From Felis catus (taxonomy: Eukaryota), in the NCBI RefSeq assembly GCF_018350175.1, contig NC_058373.1, forward strand, positions 114,206,001 through 114,270,000: DNA of 64,000 nucleotides, in the 5' to 3' direction. Positions 23,988 through 36,435 of the stretch are shown piece after piece. The position numbers and the translations under genes are program-made. The notes below the pieces were generated by a model. The model did no database searches and was not told where the DNA came from. It saw nothing but the letters and a program-made list of their open reading frames with translations. Each line of letters begins with the position of its first letter. Position 1 is the first letter of the stretch.

Positions 23988-24300
23988 TTTTAAGAAACTG
24001 GCTCATGCAATTGGCTGGTAAGTCTGAAATCTGCAGCTTGAGTCCGAAGGCAGTCTGGAGGTAGAATTCCCTTTGCCTCAGGGGACTCCAATCTTTTCTC
24101 TCAAGGCCTCCAATGGATTGGATGAGGGCCATCACATTATGGAGGGTCATCTGCTCTACGCAAAGTGTACTGATTGCAATGTTAATCTTATCTAAAACAA
24201 AAAAATAAAGAAAACCTTCAGAGCAACACCTAGACTGATACTTCATCAAGTATCTGGTACCGTGGCCTAACCAAGTTGACACACAAAGTTAGCCACCACC
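23851..24300 (-). mobile_element. MLT2-type (ERVL) solo LTR with internal CA microsatellite
   Basis: Begins TGTATTAGTCAGGGTTCTCCAGAGAAACAGAACCAATAG and ends GGCCTAACCAAGTTGACACACAAAGTTAGCCACCAC. Confidence 0.85.
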
Positions 24301-25099
24301 TGGCGGCAAGCCAGTGCTCATGTAAGTCTCCCAAAACATCACCCTTATCACAATGGCTCCCTGCTCTAAAACTTAAACATCTTCACTCCTGGATCAGGGT
24401 AGGCACGCGGTAAATATTTGTTCAGTAATTAAATAACGAATAGCCTTTGTGACAGGCTCTACACACAGCTCAACACAGTAGACTGTTTTGAGGGCCCAAC
24501 AGTGAGCTCTGCTAGGAGCTGAGGATGCAAATATCAAAAGCCACTCTACACATTCCTTGTCTTTTCCGTCTGCCTTCTTGAGGCCAGGAGCCATGCTGCT
24601 GATGTCTCTAATCCTGTCACAGTGCGCAACGGAGTCCTTTATACAAAGCAGGCCCTCGGTTGTGGATAAATTAACTTGATTCTTTTTATTGATCCTTGTA
24701 TCAAATTTACCTGAAATAGAATACATTGTAGAGCCCCATTTTTAAAAGTATGATTCATAGCGTCCAAGCCCGTTTCTACCTTTATTTTTAAGATGCAGAT
24801 GTGAAGACGTATTTTCATACTCAGGAAGGATATATATACCACAGAACATTGACAGTGGTCTCTAGGGGTGGGCTTGTGGGTGGCTTCTGTTTGATTTTTT
24901 ATACTTTTCTGTGTCTTCCCCATTGTCCTCTGTGACCATGTGTTATTTTTATAACCATAAAAAAACTGCGTGTTTTTTTCTTTCATCTTTTCATTTATGA
25001 GTATGCAGAGATTCAGGGTCCCGCTCTGTGCGCTTTCTTGAGGCCCTTGGCATACCCCTTGGCTTTCCTTTGAAGAGAAGGCGTTCTGGGACACCCTTG

Positions 25100-25430
25100 T
25101 AAAAATCTGTGAGGTCATAAAGGTAAAGTTAACTGCAAACGGTTGTTCTGTTTTAATTATGTCCAAGTGTCGGGTAACATGGAACTTTCAAGGAAAGCGT
25201 TCAGGGAGTTAATGATTACGGCTGTTGTTAAACTGTTGTTAAGACGGAGAGCCGGTGCCGGGAAGCTGGGCACAGCGTCTTGCCTCCAGCCACTCCTCCA
25301 GCGCCCGGCCCTGCCACCGCTCCTGGGCCGCTTGTCGCCTGTCAGCCTGCTGTTCGGCTGCGTCCCAGCCAGACGAACAACACCCAGCCATGATGGAAGC
25401 GACTGTTCCTTGAACTTTGCTTCAGTCCCG
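25100..25430. promoter_or_regulatory. Candidate enhancer (HNF1-like, nuclear-receptor DR3-like and HNF4-like motifs)
   Basis: AGGTCA-TAA-AGGTAA at 25112-25126, GTTAATGATTAC at 25208-25219, TGAACTTTG at 25411-25419. CpG is locally elevated and there is no recognisable repeat. Confidence 0.35.
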
Positions 25431-26284
25431 CCTGCCGGGGTCTCCGGAGGAAGTGTTCACCTCTAGCCCAAATGAAATGGAGCTTCAGAAAAGCCTCAAC
25501 AGAGGCCCCGAGCTTTGTATTTCTCAGACTGCCAGAGCCACCAGCTGCTGAGTGCCACGGAACTCCCAAAACCATGAAGGGGAAACCAAAGAGCTGGAGG
25601 AACGCAGACATGGCGTGGCCCCGAGAGTCTGTCTCCAGGGTCACCCGGACATGCGGCAGGTGGGCCCAGGAGTGACAGGGGCCGCTTGCAGGAAGGTGGG
25701 GCGAACGAGAACAAGGAGGCCACGCCCACTCGGAGGCTGAAATTCCAAGAAACTCGCCCTGCGCAAGGCCAAATTTGTGAAATCCTCTCGTCCTGGAAAG
25801 GATCCCACACAAATTTCTGGGGTTTCCAGTGTGATATTTGATAAGTGCCAATGGGCTGAAAATATTCCCAAGATTTTTGGGCTTTGTACAGTTAGTGGTG
25901 GCTGCCGAAGGCCGTCTCACCGCCTGCAGTGTCCCGCCAGTGGCTGCGGTGGCCAGGCAAGGGCTGGCATTTGTGCCTGACCGCTTTGGCCCTCCCGTGG
26001 GGCGTGCCCTGCCATCTGGGCCTGCGAAGGAAAGCAGGGCTCCGGTTCCACGTCCTCACAGGCAGCATCCCCTGCAGACAAAGAGATAGCAGCGCCCCCC
26101 CCCCCCCCGCAAATGCCCTGGTGGCAGCACAGTGGGCCCCAGCCAGGCTGCCCTCCTTGCTCCCTTTCAGCCACCGAATGCCAGAGCTGGAGGAAATCTT
26201 TGTGCTCATCCACCCAACCTCCTCACTGACTAGCAGGTACCCCCTCAGACGCGAGCTCCCTGAGGGCAGAGCGGGGCTGGCTCT

Positions 26285-26370
26285 AGTCTTCGTACCTTTG
26301 TGTTCCCAGAGCCTGGCACTGAGTAGGGCTCCCCAAGTAGGAGGTGAATGAGTGGGCGAATGAACGAACC
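26285..26370 (+). mobile_element. L2 LINE 3' end
   Basis: TTTGTGTTCCCAGAGCCTGGCACTGAGTAGG...GTGAATGAGTGGGCGAATGAACGAA. Confidence 0.65.
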
Positions 26371-26536
26371 AACTCTTTTCTTGTTGTCTTACCTGCACAG
26401 AGTGACACTTTGGACAGGTCACATTTTCCTCTGTCCCCTCGGCTTTTTGGTAGAATGAGCCCACTGCTGTCGGTTCCCCTCCCAGCGCACAGAATCCCCA
26501 GAGCCAAGCCTGCCACAGCCTTCTGGTGAGTGTCTC

Positions 26537-26578
26537 AGGAGGAGCACCCACAGAAAGGAGGAGCACCCACAGAAAGGA
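26537..26578. repeat. 19-bp tandem duplication
   Basis: AGGAGGAGCACCCACAGAA x2.2. Confidence 0.95.
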
Positions 26579-26595
26579 TTACCAACCTCAGCCTT

Positions 26596-27139
26596 CGTAT
26601 CTGTTTCCCAGGGCTGCTGTAACAGGACCACGAACTCGAAGCTTGGCTTACAACAGGAGTGTATTCCCCCACAGTTCTGGAGGCTGGAAGTCTGAAATCA
26701 AGGCGTTGGCAAGGTTGTCTCTTGCTGAGGGCTCTGAGGGAGAACCTGTTCCAGGCCTCTCTCCAGCTTCTGGTGGTTGCCTGCTATCCTTAGCACTCCC
26801 TGACATCTGGCTGCGTGATCGCTCCGATCCCTGTCTCCCTCTTCATGCGCCACTCTCCCTGTGTCTCTCCTCTTCTTGTCAGGAACTGTATCTCAAGACT
26901 CAGCCTCTCCACTGCACTGGCCTGGGCCAACTGCCAATCTGCTGTGTCACCTCGGAGAGGTGTCTTTACTTCTCTGTGCAGTTTTCCTGCTTAAACTTTG
27001 GAAGGAATTAAGGGTTTACCCTACTCCAGTATGACCTCATCTTCACAAATTACATCTGCCACGACCCTACTTTAACAGGACACGTTCTGAGCTCCAGGAA
27101 GGACATGGATTTTAGGGGGCTACCATCCAACCCAGAACA
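26596..27139 (-). mobile_element. MLT1 (MaLR) solo LTR, MLT1B/C-like, with a foreign internal insertion
   Basis: GGCTGCTGTAACA..., CACAGTTCTGGAGGCTGGAAGTCTGAAATCAAGG, CCAGTATGACCTCATCTT. 5-bp TSD GCCTT at 26591-26595 and 27140-27144. Confidence 0.9.
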
Positions 27140-27358
27140 GCCTTCCTGCTCCCACCCCGACAAAGTTCTATCTTATTCTCCACCTCCATCACTGCCCCTT
27201 CCTTTAGTTGGGGGTGTGGGCTTCGGGAATGTGGTTTCACCTGCTCACTAGTCTAAGCAGCAGTTGGGAGGCCAAGGGTAGGGAGCTGTCTGTCACTGTT
27301 TCCCTCCATGGACGTGGACACCCTGGGGTTCCCTGAACTGCCAAGTCTGAACTATAAG

Positions 27359-27524
27359 TCAGTATACCCAGTCCACGCCGCATATTAGCGTCACCCGGGA
27401 AGCTCTTCACACACACGGAGCACTCCCAGGATGCCAGTTCACTTGGTCAGAGTGGCACCTGACGTGCCTATTTTTTGAAAGCTCATCAGGTGACTCTAAT
27501 GTGAAGCCCGGATAAGAACAACTG
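27359..27524. mobile_element. MER5A-like hAT-Charlie MITE
   Basis: CATATTAGCGTCACCCGGGAAGCT ... AAAGCTCATCAGGTGACTCTAATGTG...GATAAGAACAACTG. Confidence 0.65.
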
Positions 27525-27573
27525 TGTCAGATGCTGTGGAAACAGCTCTCTCTTTAGGAGAGGGGATGCAGCC

Positions 27574-27579
27574 ACACTC

Positions 27580-27618
<39 letters not shown>
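27574..27618. repeat. (CA)n microsatellite
   Basis: Directly visible. Confidence 0.93.
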
Positions 27619-27619
<1 letters not shown>

Positions 27620-28039
27620 CGCAGGAATATGAGCTTCTGCAGTTCACTGCCTGCTGGACCCTGAATACCCATTAGAAAATTCCCCCACCTACATCACAGG
27701 CTGCACAAGAGAACAAACGCATACTTGGAGGACCTGAAACAGACAGCAGCAAGCACAAAATGTCCTTACGTTTCCTGTTTTACTTCGAAAGTTGGAATTT
27801 TGCTTTCCCTTCTATAATATAGCCATCTTCTTTTACAATTAAAAAAAAAGAGATTTTTTTTCCTCCCAAAATATCCAAGTGTAGACATGAGGCTCCAGAA
27901 AGATGTGCCATGTTTAAGCTGTGGCTTTGTAGACTCTTCAACACCTTATTAGGTCCCCCTGAGGTCCCCGACTTTGATAAGCCCGGACAGAGTGTGAGAG
28001 GGAGCAATCAAGCTGCTCAAACTTTGGAACAAATTGCAT

Positions 28040-28300
28040 CTTACGGAGGGCAGCCTGTGCCCAGAGAGATTAGGTAACTCACCCAAGATCACACAGTTTG
28101 TCATCAGTGGGAACTGTATCTCAAGATCCAACTTTGCCGCTGCACCGACTTTGGTCAACTGCAGATTTGCTGTGTGACCTTGGATAGGGGTCTTTACCTC
28201 TCTGTGTCGGTTTTCCTGCCCATAAAATGCTGATGATATCTGTTCCAACTCAGAGGATGTGTGTGGAAGCACTTAAAAATTGTATGGAAAGGCAAGGCGC
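28040..28300. mobile_element. Two divergently oriented MIR fragments
   Basis: Minus strand: CCCAGAGAGATTAGGTAACTCACCCAAGATCACACAG. Plus strand: TTGCTGTGTGACCTTGGATAGG...CTCTCTGTGTCGGTTTTCCTG. Confidence 0.75.
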
Positions 28301-30249
28301 TGTAATCGTGGTGGTTACAGCCTAACACTTCTAGGGGAGGCACGGTGACGCCCCCAGGAGGGGCCGCTGCAGGGTCATGCTGACAGGCCACTGTCTGAGG
28401 GAAGAGCAGTGCGGTGCACTCTGCCCCTTTGAGCTGAGCGGTCCAGGTGAGCTCCCTAACGTTCCAGTCCAGGGAAGGCGGGGTCCTTGGGAGCTTATGC
28501 CCCTCACCTCAGTTTGCTCTCCCCTGCTCCAAGCTCTTATCTGCCCGGCCCCAGCCAGGGTAACAGGCCAAGAAGGCATTCCCCCCCCAAAACAACCTTC
28601 TTGTCCCAATCCTGAGAATGTCATTTCAAAAGGGTAAGTAAGTCATGGAAAACTAAGTGGCAAACAACAGCACTGCCAGCCTCTTCTTTCTCCTCTCACG
28701 AGGCCACAGAGACCTTTCCCCACAACCTGTCTCCTCGGGAGGAAGTGGGCGGCCAGCCTGCTCCGGACCCCTCCCTGGCTGTCCCAGTCCTGAGGAGGCT
28801 GCTCGGCCCAAGCCTGCCCTTTTCTGTTTACACTGGGAGAGGAGCGTCTGCGGAGCTTAAGTGCAGTTCTGGCCCTTTTGTTTGTTTTCAAGTCAAGTTA
28901 CAACTTTGCTCCTGGATTTTTTGCAAATTCCACGTATCTTCTTCTGTCCAGGGTCTCTGCACAAATCCTTGAGAGCTTCCCTCCTCCTCTGTGGACAAAT
29001 AACCAGAGGCCCGGGGAAGGGGCAAGGAACACAGGGATGGGTGGGTAGGACGACAGACAGACGCAGAGGAGGCACACCAGGAAGGGCCAGAGGCTGTCCC
29101 CCGGTGCCTCAGGAGGACAGAGTGCGTCTGGCAACGCAGAAGCAGCCATAGGTCACCCAGGGGGGACAGAGCCAAAGGAAGGCCAGCCACCCAACGTCCT
29201 GCCCCCTTGCTGCAAAGACCTCCACAGGGAGGAAGAACCGGGCTGAAAGGCAAAGAAACCCCAGGCCTCAGCGGAGGGAATAAAGAAAGGAAGTTCTGAT
29301 TTGGAGGGAAGGAGCCCACGTGGTTTCTGGCAGGCATTGGTCCGAGTCCCAAGGGGCCTAAAAAGGACACCACGAGGAGCTGTGTGACAAGGGCTGCGGG
29401 TCTGAGGGTTAGGCCCATCGAGGCCCACCCCAGGCATGGCGGGGCCGGCGGAGAAGGCCCAGGGCACGGCTGGGCACCAGCACAGCATCTGAGAGTTCCC
29501 GTCCCCGCTCTCTCCTCCCCAAACACCATGGTCCCCATAAACCACTGATGAAGAGCAAACAACTACAAGCTGAAGCCCACCAGGGAGAGAAAGAGAATCA
29601 AACCGAGCCGAACAAACTGATAGCGGGGTGTCCAGCCATGCTGTTGGCTGGTCCTCCTTCCCGGCTGGAGCCCCCACCCCACCCCACTCCGGCTTGTGCC
29701 AGGAGCACTCACTGGCTTCAAGCCCTGTGTTGCAGTGTGGGAGAGGTGAGGGGTGGTCCCAGGGGCCGGCAAAGCGGGACTGCTGGAATCTCAGCTCCCA
29801 GTGACTTGACCCAGAGTTGGGTTTTAACCTCCCCTGACCTGGGGCAGCAGCGGCAGGTAGCTGGGATGACCACAGGGTGCCCTCAAGTCCTCACTGAAGG
29901 ACTCACTTTTCCCATCACCCCTCCATGTCATGGTCCAAAGGCATGAGACTCAGCCCTCAGCAGTCCAGCCCGGAGCCGCATTCAAGGAGCCTCAGGAAGT
30001 GGGGGTTGAGTGAATGAGAACAGGCCAGGCCCCCTCTGCCTTGAGGAGCCGTTCTGGCTTCCTGAAACAGGTGCTGTTGCTAACCCATGGAACGAATGGA
30101 AGGACCTTCCACAGCCAGGCCTGGCTTCCACCCTCCTGGAGCTGTTGGGCCCTGGTGCTTCCTGTCACTCATCACTCTGCCACAAGACCAGCCTCCCTCT
30201 CCTCAGGCCTCTGCCCTTTGCATGCACGCCCTCATCTTTCCAGCCTCCA

Positions 30250-31760
30250 GCCTGTTCCATCTCAGTCTCTCATCTGCCCCCTTAGCCACCTCCCACACTC
30301 ACTTCCCAGACCTCGCCACCAGTGGCTCTGGAACAGCTTCTCCTCTCACCTCTTCCTTTCTGCCACTGTCCTCTCCTGCCCTTTCTTGTGCCCACCGCCT
30401 GCCCATGTCCCTTTAAGGGCTTCCTTTTCCACCCAAGCTTTCATCTGCACCACTCTCCTCTCTGGCCAGCAAGTCAGCCAAACCACTGTCCCTGAGGCCT
30501 TTCCCCCTCCTTGGACTCCCCAGACCCCACCTCCACCTGCCACCCACAGAGTCTCTCACTGCTCACCAGACCAAGAAGATCCAGGCATCTCTTCAGGGGC
30601 TTCCTTGCACCTCTTTCCCCCACCTCACGGTTCCTTCACATCACCCTCTCATCTTCCCTTCCCTCGGTCTGGGTGCAGCTGACACCCCATCTTCCTCCGC
30701 AAAACTAACTTACTTACCAGGCCCAAAGCGGCCTCATCGGCTCCTGTCTCTTCCATGCCATGCCATCCTCTGTCCTCGTTCTTGGATCAGAAGTTGCATT
30801 AATGGGATTCCCTGTGATGCGAATGCACATTCACGTTTGAGAAGCGTGGCACCAAAGCATGGCCACATCTTCCTTATCCTAAAATGGCTTCCCCTGGGCC
30901 CACTGTCTTTAAGTTCACCATCATTTTCTTTTGTTCCATGTATTACAAACTTCTTTATGGGGTCCCTGACACCTTCTGCTTCTATTTTCTCTCCTCGGGT
31001 TTTGGCAACTGGCCGCTGCTTGGGGCCATTTTCATAGGCCTTGCTCCCAACCATGGCCCCGGGAACCACCTCCATGACCCCCTCCTCACATGGCTCAGCC
31101 CCCACTGACTACTCAGATTCTCTTCTTGGGCTCTCCTGACAACCTTCTTCCAGGTTTCCCTCTCTCTTCCTCAGTTTGCCCATCTCTGTTTATGAATCTC
31201 CACCCTCCCCGTTGCCCAGGTTCAAAATCCTCAGAATTGTTTTCATCTCCCCTTCCTCTCTTTGCACATCTCATCAGCCTCCAGAAACCTGCAGAATCTT
31301 CTTTTGCACTGTTTTTTACATCCCTCCCCATCCCAATGTTGCTATCTAAATTCAAACCCTTGTCATCTCTCCCCCAGGACCTTTCTCCTCTGCCCTCGGG
31401 CCTCCTCTCTCGTGTCTACCTGCCAGTGGACACAGAGCCCATCAGAGTGGCCTGTCTCCCTCTCAAGAGCCCATGTGGACTTGGTGCTGCTTCTGGCCCT
31501 TCAGCCAGGGAGATGCCCTCCTGTTCTAGCCCGGTCCTTGTTACTGCCATCACCAGTCACAGATATCGACTGAGGACCTGCTGTGTCTGATGTGTTCCTG
31601 TGCCCGGATCGTAGTCCCTTATTTTCCACTCCCAAAACTTGCCACCTGCACTCACCCAGTTTTCCTCTTTTTGTTCACTTGCTTTATCTGCTCCCGTACC
31701 CACCTGTCAGCACCTCATCTAAACATACTCAAGGCCTAGTAACTCACTTCTCCAAGAACT
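30250..31760 (+). mobile_element. Degraded L2 LINE body fragments
   Basis: Long pyrimidine-rich stretch with L2-like motifs (CAAGACCAAGAAGATCCAGGCATC-like, CCAGGTTCAAAATCCTCAG, TCTAAACATACTCAAGGCC). Approximate. Confidence 0.45.
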
Positions 31761-33443
31761 TGTAAGATTCCAAAGGTAGAATCGATTTCTGCCCTTCCCC
31801 ATTCGCCCTTAGGATAGTGTTTGTTTCTTATTACAACTGCATCCCAGTGTGTGTGTGTTGGGGGGTGCAGTCTCCCTGGTTGCGTGGTCCTGCAGGCCAA
31901 GAACAGCCCTTGCGCAACTTGAAACTACACGTTTGGATTTCACAGAGGATAAAACTGTGGCTAGAGTGGTCCTGGGTCTTTGATGCCGGTTGACGACAGC
32001 ATCACATCCCAGCCCCGGCCTCCTGGTTCCTGGCGCAGTTCTAGGGAGATCCAGAAAGCCAGGCTCCGTCCCCCATCGTCTGACAGCACATGCCCTCCAC
32101 GGAAATACTCAACTATCCTCAACTCTTCTCTTCCTCCCAGACTGGCTGGAATAAAATCAGAACAGAGAGACCTTAGATGAGCAGCCAGGGGTCACACCCA
32201 GCCCATTTTCCCACCACCATCCCCAGGCCCTCACTGAATAGCCAGCAATGAGTCCAGTCCTGTTTTCTGAACCTCCAGGGAAATTGCTTCCTCACCATTT
32301 TTAGCAGAGGACGCCATCATTCCCAATGTCCCCAGTGAAAAATGTCTCTCTTTGCTCTTCTCTAAATGTTCCTCCCACCCCTCCAACTCTCAACGCCCAC
32401 GATAAATCTCCTTTTTCTCTGCCTGGTCTTCTGCAGAGGTGGGAAGGGCTTCTCCCGCACTCCCTAGAGCACTATTGTTATTGCAGGAAGATTTCGGAAG
32501 TTTGCTAGGGTTTGTAACTCCTATAAGGAAATGCACCACATACAAGTAAACAAATCAGTGTGCTCTGCAAAAGTCAAATAGGACACCACCCCTCTGTATG
32601 ACTGTCCACGCTGGGTGGTCACATAGGTCATTCTGTGAGAATTTGGAGAAAGACAAGCTTTTTCACTTAGCAAAGGCTTACGTAGGTCTTTGTGCTTGGG
32701 CGCCCACGGCACAGAATGCACTCAGCCTCTACCACCAGATTTGTCCTGGGACATCCCAGCGCCTATCGGATTCATTTTCAGCTCTCCTTGCTTCCAGTCT
32801 AGTTGTGGCCTTACCTGAAATCCAGTGAAGGATTCTCTTTTTCAGTTTCAGAAGGAATTGGTTCACTTACCTTCACAAAAGCCAGTGGAAGGATCATGCG
32901 TGTGACTCAGATCCTTTTGGTAAATTTCAAAGAACTGGCTGAGCAAATACAATTGCCATGCCGACCCGGGATGGCATAGATTGTGCTGTTGCTGCTGATA
33001 GCAGCAAGGGACATTTTGAAAGTCCTCTACCCCGCATTCTATATGACCTGGAACAGAAAAATGGTCACTCCTTGGGAGGAGCTTATGTTCTCTTTCAAGG
33101 ATAAGCTGAGCAAGCTGACCCAGGCAAGGGCTCTCACAGTTGAATGCCTTTGCTTGCGTGGGAAGTACAGCTGTCTCGTTGGGGCCCAGGAGACAGACTG
33201 ACGAGGGGAGAATTCCTGTGTTTGGGACTGGGCTTGAAAAGTCTCCGGTTTGTAACACCCAGCTTGCAGGAGAGCAGAAAGAATTTCCAGCTGTCGTCGG
33301 GGTGAGAGCCCCCCTGATTCTGACCAGGGCTGTTTCTGGGCTCTGGACTCTCCTGTCACTCCTCCTGAGCTGGTCACCCCATCAACACCCAGTCCCGTGG
33401 GCCAGCTCTGGAATCAGATGACCTATTACCATCGAGAAAATGG

Positions 33444-33717
33444 CAAAAGGTCAAATATGGTATGATTCTGCTTATATGAAGAACCTAATGTAATCAAATT
33501 CAAAGACCCGGAAAGTAGAGCCGTGGTTGACAGGGGCAGGGTAGGGAGCAACAGGGAGCTTGTGTTTAACGGACATGTTTCAGTTTGGAAAGATGAACAA
33601 GTTCTGGAGACAAATGGTGAACACTGTGAATGTATTTAATGTCACAGGACTGGACACTTAAAACTGGTTGAAATAATACATTTTTTTGTTATATATATTT
33701 TACCACAATTTAAAAAA
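33444..33717 (+). mobile_element. L1MB-type LINE-1 3' end
   Basis: AAATATGGTATGATTCTGCTTATATGAAG...GTTTCAGTTTGGAAAGATGAACAAGTTCTGGAGA...TATATATTTTACCACAAT plus A tail. Confidence 0.85.
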
Positions 33718-33809
33718 GGGAAAAAAACACAAGTGGGGACTGAGCCCAGATCATAACACTGCTGGGAAAAGACAGCCAGGTGATTCAGTTCTCAGCCCTA
33801 AAGAGAAGG

Positions 33810-33863
33810 GTGTGTGTGTGTGTGTCTGTGTGTGTGTGTGCACACACATGTGCGTGCACACAT
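33810..33863. repeat. (TG)n/(CA)n microsatellite
   Basis: Directly visible. Confidence 0.9.
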
Positions 33864-34686
33864 GCTGTGGGGGTCTGTGACCCTACGGGAGTGAAAATGG
33901 ATCCACAAATGGCATGGTGAGGGAGGTGAACATATTAGACCAAGCCATTTCATCTCTGGGTGCTCCTTGCAACTAATTTGGGGGTCGTTCTTCATAATGC
34001 AGACCAATCAAAGATTCTCAGTGGAAACTGTTGTTTAAATGCCAAAGGGCCTGTGTAATATCCTTGGAGGGCTGGATGGGAGGCCTTTTCTTCATGACTT
34101 GTTCAAAAACGCATCTGGCTTTTTCCAAGAAAGACTAGATTTTTTGGAGTCCGAGAAATTAGGGCTAGAGCTCAGGGCCTGCCACTTTGTGGTCAGTCAT
34201 GATGCACGTTTAAATTTAAATGCCTACGATCCAAAGAGCGGGGAAAGGGAAAATACTCTCTGTAAACTGTCAAGTGCCTCACAGTCGTCTTTTATCCTTG
34301 CAGTTGAGCCTGGCTATGGAAACATAACATATCCAAGATAACAATGGATTTTTAAAGAATTCATGTGGCAGGAAAGTTAGCATAGATCCTAAAATAACAA
34401 ATTCAACCCGCATGACCTGTTATAGGAGTCTTCAGGCTTTGGAGGCAGCCCAGTAGCAATCACAGCTGTGAATAAAATCAAAAATCCTAGGGGCCAGACT
34501 TTCTGAGAAAATAAATTCTGTAGCCTTTGGCAGAAGGGGCTGGCCCAAGTTAAACCAGATATTGCTGTGAAAATGGCGTATTAAGCCTTTATCAGTTACC
34601 AACACCAAGGCATAAAGCCATTTCCAGCAGATCCTTATTTTTTTAATTCGCGTACTATAAAATACACCATTTAAAGTGCCTAACTT

Positions 34687-34915
34687 GGGGCGCCTGGGTG
34701 GCTCCGTCGGTTAGACGTCCGACTTCAGCCCAGGTCACGATCTCGCAGTCCGTGAGTTCGAGCCCCGCGTCGGGCTCTGGGCTGATGGCTCGGAGCCTGG
34801 AACCTGCTTCTGATTCTGTGTCTCCCTCTCTCTCTGCCCCTCCCCTGTTCATGCTCTGTGTCTCTCTGTCTCAAAAATAAATAAACGTTAAAGATTTATT
34901 AAAAATAAATAAATG
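34687..34915 (+). mobile_element. Young felid Can-SINE (SINEC_Fc type)
   Basis: CpGs are retained and the body reads GGCTCGGAGCCTGGAACCTGCTTCTGATTCTGTGTCTCCC. Exact TSD AAGTGCCTAACT at 34674-34685 and 34916-34927. Confidence 0.96.
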
Positions 34916-35689
34916 AAGTGCCTAACTCAGTGCGGGTTTTTTAGTGTGTTCACAAGGTCATGTAACCATCAATTACTATCTAATTCAGAATATTTTTTAT
35001 CACCCCAGAAAGAAATGCCATGATCAGTCACTCCTTGTTTCTCCCTCCTCCCAGCCCCAAACAACCACTAATCTACTGTCTGCCTGGACATTTCGTGTAA
35101 CTGGAATGATGCAATATGTGACCTTTTGTGCCTGGCTTCTTTCACTTAGTATAATGTTTGCAGGGTTCATCTATGTTGTAGCATGTATCAGAATTTCCTT
35201 CCTTTTTATGACTGGATAATGTTCCATTGCACAGAGATACCACAGTTTGTTTATCCATTCATTGGTTGCACATTTTGATTATTCCCTCTTTTTGGCTAAT
35301 ACAAATAATGCTGATATAAACATTCATGTATGTGTAGTGAACATGTATTTTCAATTCTCTCGGGTCCTTATCTGAAAGTGGGATTGCTGGGTCACATGGT
35401 AACTCTATATTTAACTTTTTGAGGAATTGGCTAATTGTTTTCCAAAGCAGTTGTACCATTTTACCTTCCCACTGGTAATATGCAAGGGTTCCAATCTCTT
35501 CACGTTCTTGCAATACTTGTTATCGTCTGTCTTTTTTATTACAGCCATTCTAGTAGGTGTGGAGTGGTATCTCATTGTGATTTTGATTTGCATTTTCCTA
35601 CTGACTAAAAATGTTGTGCATCTCTTCATGTGCTTATTGGCTATTTGTATATCTTCTTTGATGATATGTCTATTCAAGTCCTTTGCCTA

Positions 35690-35917
35690 TTTTTATTTTT
35701 TTTATTATTTTTTTAAAGTTTGTTTGAGAGAGAGAGAGAGAGAGAGAGAGCATGTGCATGAGCTGGTGAGGGGCAAAAAGAAAGGGAGAGAGAATCTTAA
35801 GCAGGCTCTGCTGATCGCATGGCCCTGACTCAGGGCTCCAACCCACGAACAGTGAGATCATGACCTGAGCTGAAATCAAGAGTTGCACGGCTAACTGACT
35901 AAGCCACCCAGGTGCTC
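35690..35917 (-). mobile_element. Can-SINE
   Basis: (GA)n, GAGATCATGACCTGAGCTGAAATC, AGCCACCCAGGTG. Confidence 0.92.
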
Positions 35918-36435
35918 TATCCTTTCCTTACGTTCCAAATTTATAATGTTTGCCTTTTTTATTATTGCATTGTAAGAGTTCTTTATATATTCTGGGTATA
36001 AATCTCTTATCATATATGTGATTTATAAATATTTTTCCCATTCCATAGGATGTCTTTTCACTTTCTTGATAGCATCTTTTGGCACAAATGTGTTTAATTT
36101 TTATGAAATCCAATTTATTTTTAATTTTGTTGCTTGTGTTTTGGGTATCATATCCAAGAAACCATTACCTAGTCCAAGGTCATAAAGATTTATACCTGGA
36201 TTTTCTTCTAAGAATTTTATATATTTAGCTCTTTGATCCATTTTGAGTTAATTTTTGTATATGGTGTGAGGTAGAGATCCAACTTTATTCTTTTGCATGC
36301 AAATATCCATTTGTCTCAGCACCATAAGTTGAAAAGACTATTCTATTCCTATTGAATTGTCTTGATAGCTATGTCAAAAACAGATCTTTCTTCTTTTCTA
36401 ATATAAGCATTTAAAGCTTTAAACTTGCATTCAAA

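Larger units (their letters stand above)
34636..36385 (-). mobile_element. L1MB-type LINE-1 (3' UTR plus ORF2 C-terminus), interrupted by two SINEs
   Basis: Minus-strand ORF 35411-35677 (MNRHIIKEDIQIANKHMKRCTTFLVSRKMQIKITMRYHSTPTRMAVIKK) is L1 ORF2 C-terminal sequence. Confidence 0.9.

Noticed and set aside
25892..30682. Longest ORFs (222-224 aa)
   Set aside because: Low-information composition, overlap L2/GC-rich sequence, non-ATG starts and no recognisable domains.
34687..34770. tRNA-like A/B boxes in SINE heads
   Set aside because: Part of tRNA-derived Can-SINEs with CT tract, tail and TSD; not tRNA genes.
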